From NCBI RefSeq assembly GCF_035084215.1, contig NC_090365.1, positions 8,618,001-8,682,000 on the forward strand: a stretch of 64,000 nucleotides of DNA. The letters run 5' to 3'. A program made the translations under genes and the position numbers. The stretch's first letter is position 1; the number at the start of each line of letters is the position of its first letter. Of the stretch, positions 39,136-64,000 are shown one piece after another. This stretch comes from Heptranchias perlo. Its lineage: Eukaryota. A model generated the notes under the pieces. It made no database searches. It saw nothing but the letters and a program-made list of their open reading frames with translations, and had not been told where the DNA came from.

Positions 39136-39942
39136 TCTGTGGTGGGCGTTCTCAATGTAAGTGGATACAGCATTGAAATTGACATGGCCCCTGTTTAACA
39201 TCTTACTGAAACCCCAGTCACATCATCCAGCAGCTTTATCACCTGCCAGTTCATGACAGCACATCCCTCAAGCTGGTTTTCACAGTAACTTTTAAATATG
39301 GAATGTTGTTGTTGACTGTGAATTGAGGTGTGGATCTATGGGAGGGTTTTAGAGCAGTCCCAGACAGACATGTCTCTCTGTGTATCCATAATCAGAACAC
39401 ACTCGAATTGCTCCACTGTCAAGTTATTGTCTCAAAGTTCAGTGTTTGTGAAAAACATTTCACAATATTCTGCAGCTACTTCCGTCCTTAAAAACCTGGA
39501 GCTATTTAGTGACCTCTCCAAGCTCGCTGTTGGTATCAGTCATTGGGCTTAAATTATAGCGGCTGGAACACTGGACCCTGGAACTTCAAGTCGCCAACAT
39601 TCTGGGGGTGGTCTGGGCATCAGTACTGCAGAGCTTTGGCAAGTTGAAAAAAACAGCAGCAGCTCTCGCCCAGCTTGTAACGACAGCGAGTTTAACCCAG
39701 GGTCTCTGATTGCTCAGTGTCTCTCACTCCTTTCTTCCTCGCTCCTTCCCCCTTCAGCTCCTTGACTGAAGGAGGTGGTGTTCCCACGGTTTTGAGCTCC
39801 TTGGAAAGAATATGTTGCAGTAAGAGAGACTGCGATGAGTCTCGATCTCAACCTTTGAGAGGAAAAAGCGACCGTAGGTTTGGAGCTTAGAAGGACCAAG
39901 AGATGACCTCGACAGAGAACTGACTGAATACTGTTGATTAAA

Positions 39943-40483
39943 GAAAGACGTGCATTTATATAGCGCCTTTCACAACCTCAAGACATCCCAATGCGTTTTA
40001 CAGCCACAAAGTACTTTTGAAGCGTTGCAATGTAGGAAACACCGCAGCGGTTCAAGGCGGCGGCTCACCACCACCTTCTCAAGGGCAATTAGGGATGGGC
40101 AATAAATGCCGGCCTTGTCAGCGGGTGCCCACACCTCATGAATGGATTTTTTTTTTAAAAAGCCCATTTGCGTACAGCAAAGTCCCACAAACTGCAATAA
40201 CATAATGATCAGATAATCTGTTTTAGGGGTAAATATTGGCCAGGACAGCGGGGAGAACTCCCCTGCTTTTCTTCCAATAGTGCTATGGGATCTTCCACAT
40301 CCACCCGAGAGGGCAGATGGGGCCTCGGTTTAATATCTCACCCAAAAGACGACACCTCTGACAGTACAGCGCTCATTGGAGTGTCAGTCTAGAGGTTGTG
40401 CTCAAGTCTCTGGAATGTGACTTGAACCCACGACCTTCTGACTCGGAGGCGAATGTGCTACCCACTGAACCACGGCTGACACC
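39943..40483 (-). mobile_element. DeuSINE-like SINE carrying a ~115-bp LINE-tail insertion (40043-40160, +)
   Basis: SINE broken at GAAACACC/AGCCCATTTG by CACCACCTTCTCAAGGGCAATTAGGGATGGGC, the same tail as 44650-44920. Confidence 0.8.
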
Positions 40484-41530
40484 TAAAAAGGGACCAGAGG
40501 TTGGAGGCAAGAGGTATAGTGATTATCGACCAGCACACTGGCTCCCAGGCAGCTGGTACAAGATATCTGGACTTTCGGTCAGGTGCCTGCTGCACATACT
40601 TGCAAGGGAAAAACAAATTGTTTAATTCTGTTTTTAAAAAAAAAAGTTTATGATCGAACTTTGCCGTGACTTTGTTTCAGACTCTGAGCTGTGATGCAAC
40701 TCACACTGGAATAACAGTAGTTTCACTGCTTTGGGTCAACAGCCTGTGGTTGCTAGGATGGGGCTTGTACTGATACAAATTGCTAGCAGTGATGTGCAGC
40801 GGGAGTTGAATAGAATTTGCCTTGGGGCTTTTATGAGTGTTTTCAGTTATTCTGCCGATCTTTTGAATCACCCTAGTCAGGTTCCCAAATAAGTTGCGTT
40901 GCATTGTCTTTCGTAACAAAACCATTCAGCAGGTGAAACACTGGCCTTTTACCTGTAGGACCCGAGTCCCAATCAAGCCTGGGATGATGGGGGCAAAAAA
41001 ATCTCTCGTGTGCAAAGTCCTAAGTGAAATGGGTTTGGTCCGTCTGAGCGCTGTTATAGAGAGCAGGGACTCGCAGGAACAAACTGGCTAACATTGTCAA
41101 TCTCTCTCAAGGTGATCACCGGGGTGGGAAATGGCACAATTTTAGTGGTGTCCTGGGTTACTCTTTTGAGGTTGAAACCCAGTAGAGGGACCTGGGCTCA
41201 GCACCAATTGCTCATGGGGATGAATTGTGTTCTTGCTGACAGCAAAATTCACTTTGTTTTTAATAAAATGAAGTATTCTGCATGTGTGAGCATGCTGTAC
41301 TCTACTAACTACAGGTGTGAGTGCATGTGTGTGGCACTCTACCGACTGTGTGCACGTGGGTAGGTGCTGTACTCTACTAACTGTTTACGATTTCTCTCTT
41401 GCCACAGATTCCGTGCTGTGTTTGGGAAGAGGGTCGAGTTGCTCAGGGCCCTGGCACTGGGGTCAGGCAGTTGCCTTCCCTGCGTCTTTAATTGAATCCG
41501 TGGTTTCCCTCGGAATATTTTGGTACCAAT

Positions 41531-63464
<21,934 letters not shown>

Positions 63465-64000
63465 GTGAGTACAAAGCTTGTGGATTGCAGTTCCGCACGG
63501 ACCTGGTCAGTGAGCGGGCAACTGCTTGATCCGTCCTGTTTCCTTTTGAGGTTCTTCCTCTGGATTAACTCCTTTTTTATAGAAGGCCAAAGTGAAGCCG
63601 GAACAGAGGGTGGGGGGCACCCGGGAACAGAGAATGGGGATGGGGTTCCCAGGAACCGCTATTGATTGTCCATCTTCAAGGACCCCCAGATCTCTCTCAT
63701 TTTCCAAACACGTTACTTTCTTTCCATTTAAGGAATAATCCCTTCCTGGATTTTTTCTTTGAATTTTTTTCAACTGAAATGAAGGAGAGTGGCTTAAAAC
63801 AAAATCTATCCTCGAGAAACCATCTCTTTACTGACAGTTAGAAAAGAAAACTGAGCAGCCGCAATCACAGAAGCGGCTAATCACAGGTGCCTTCTGTCGA
63901 TGAGCAATTCGTCGTGTTAGAAAACGGCATTTTTTAATAAATGTCACCCCTTGCCTGAAATAGAGATTCAGTTCCTAGTTTGTTTGAAAGCCTTTCAAAG

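Noticed and set aside
41408-41530. N-terminal extension of AKT2 upstream of the ATG
   Set aside because: In-frame TAA within the exon before the ATG

Overview
Eukaryotic (vertebrate) genomic DNA, most likely from a cartilaginous fish/shark, judged from the repeat families (inference). The window holds one protein-coding gene on the + strand, AKT2 (RAC-beta serine/threonine kinase). Twelve coding exons (46,129,112,154,132,66,69,123,129,215,88,103 nt; 41531-63464) join at GT-AG sites into an open frame of 455 codons; the last exon, with the hydrophobic motif and stop, lies beyond the window. The first ~41 kb is probably 5' UTR intron/upstream sequence. The rest is dominated by retroelements: tRNA-headed DeuSINE-like SINEs, CR1 and L2 LINE fragments (several nested), a near-complete CR1 with esterase ORF1, and a Penelope-like GIY-YIG element with a 13-bp TSD. 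Best finds: a minimal hammerhead-ribozyme motif in the Penelope-like element (8078-8116, minus strand), a decayed hammerhead-like remnant at ~35.1 kb, a 33-bp minisatellite born inside a SINE, a branch point supplied by a tandem repeat, and candidate upstream exons/enhancers. No prokaryotic system, CRISPR array or wholly new gene system can be supported. Repeat boundaries are by eye and approximate unless a TSD is given.
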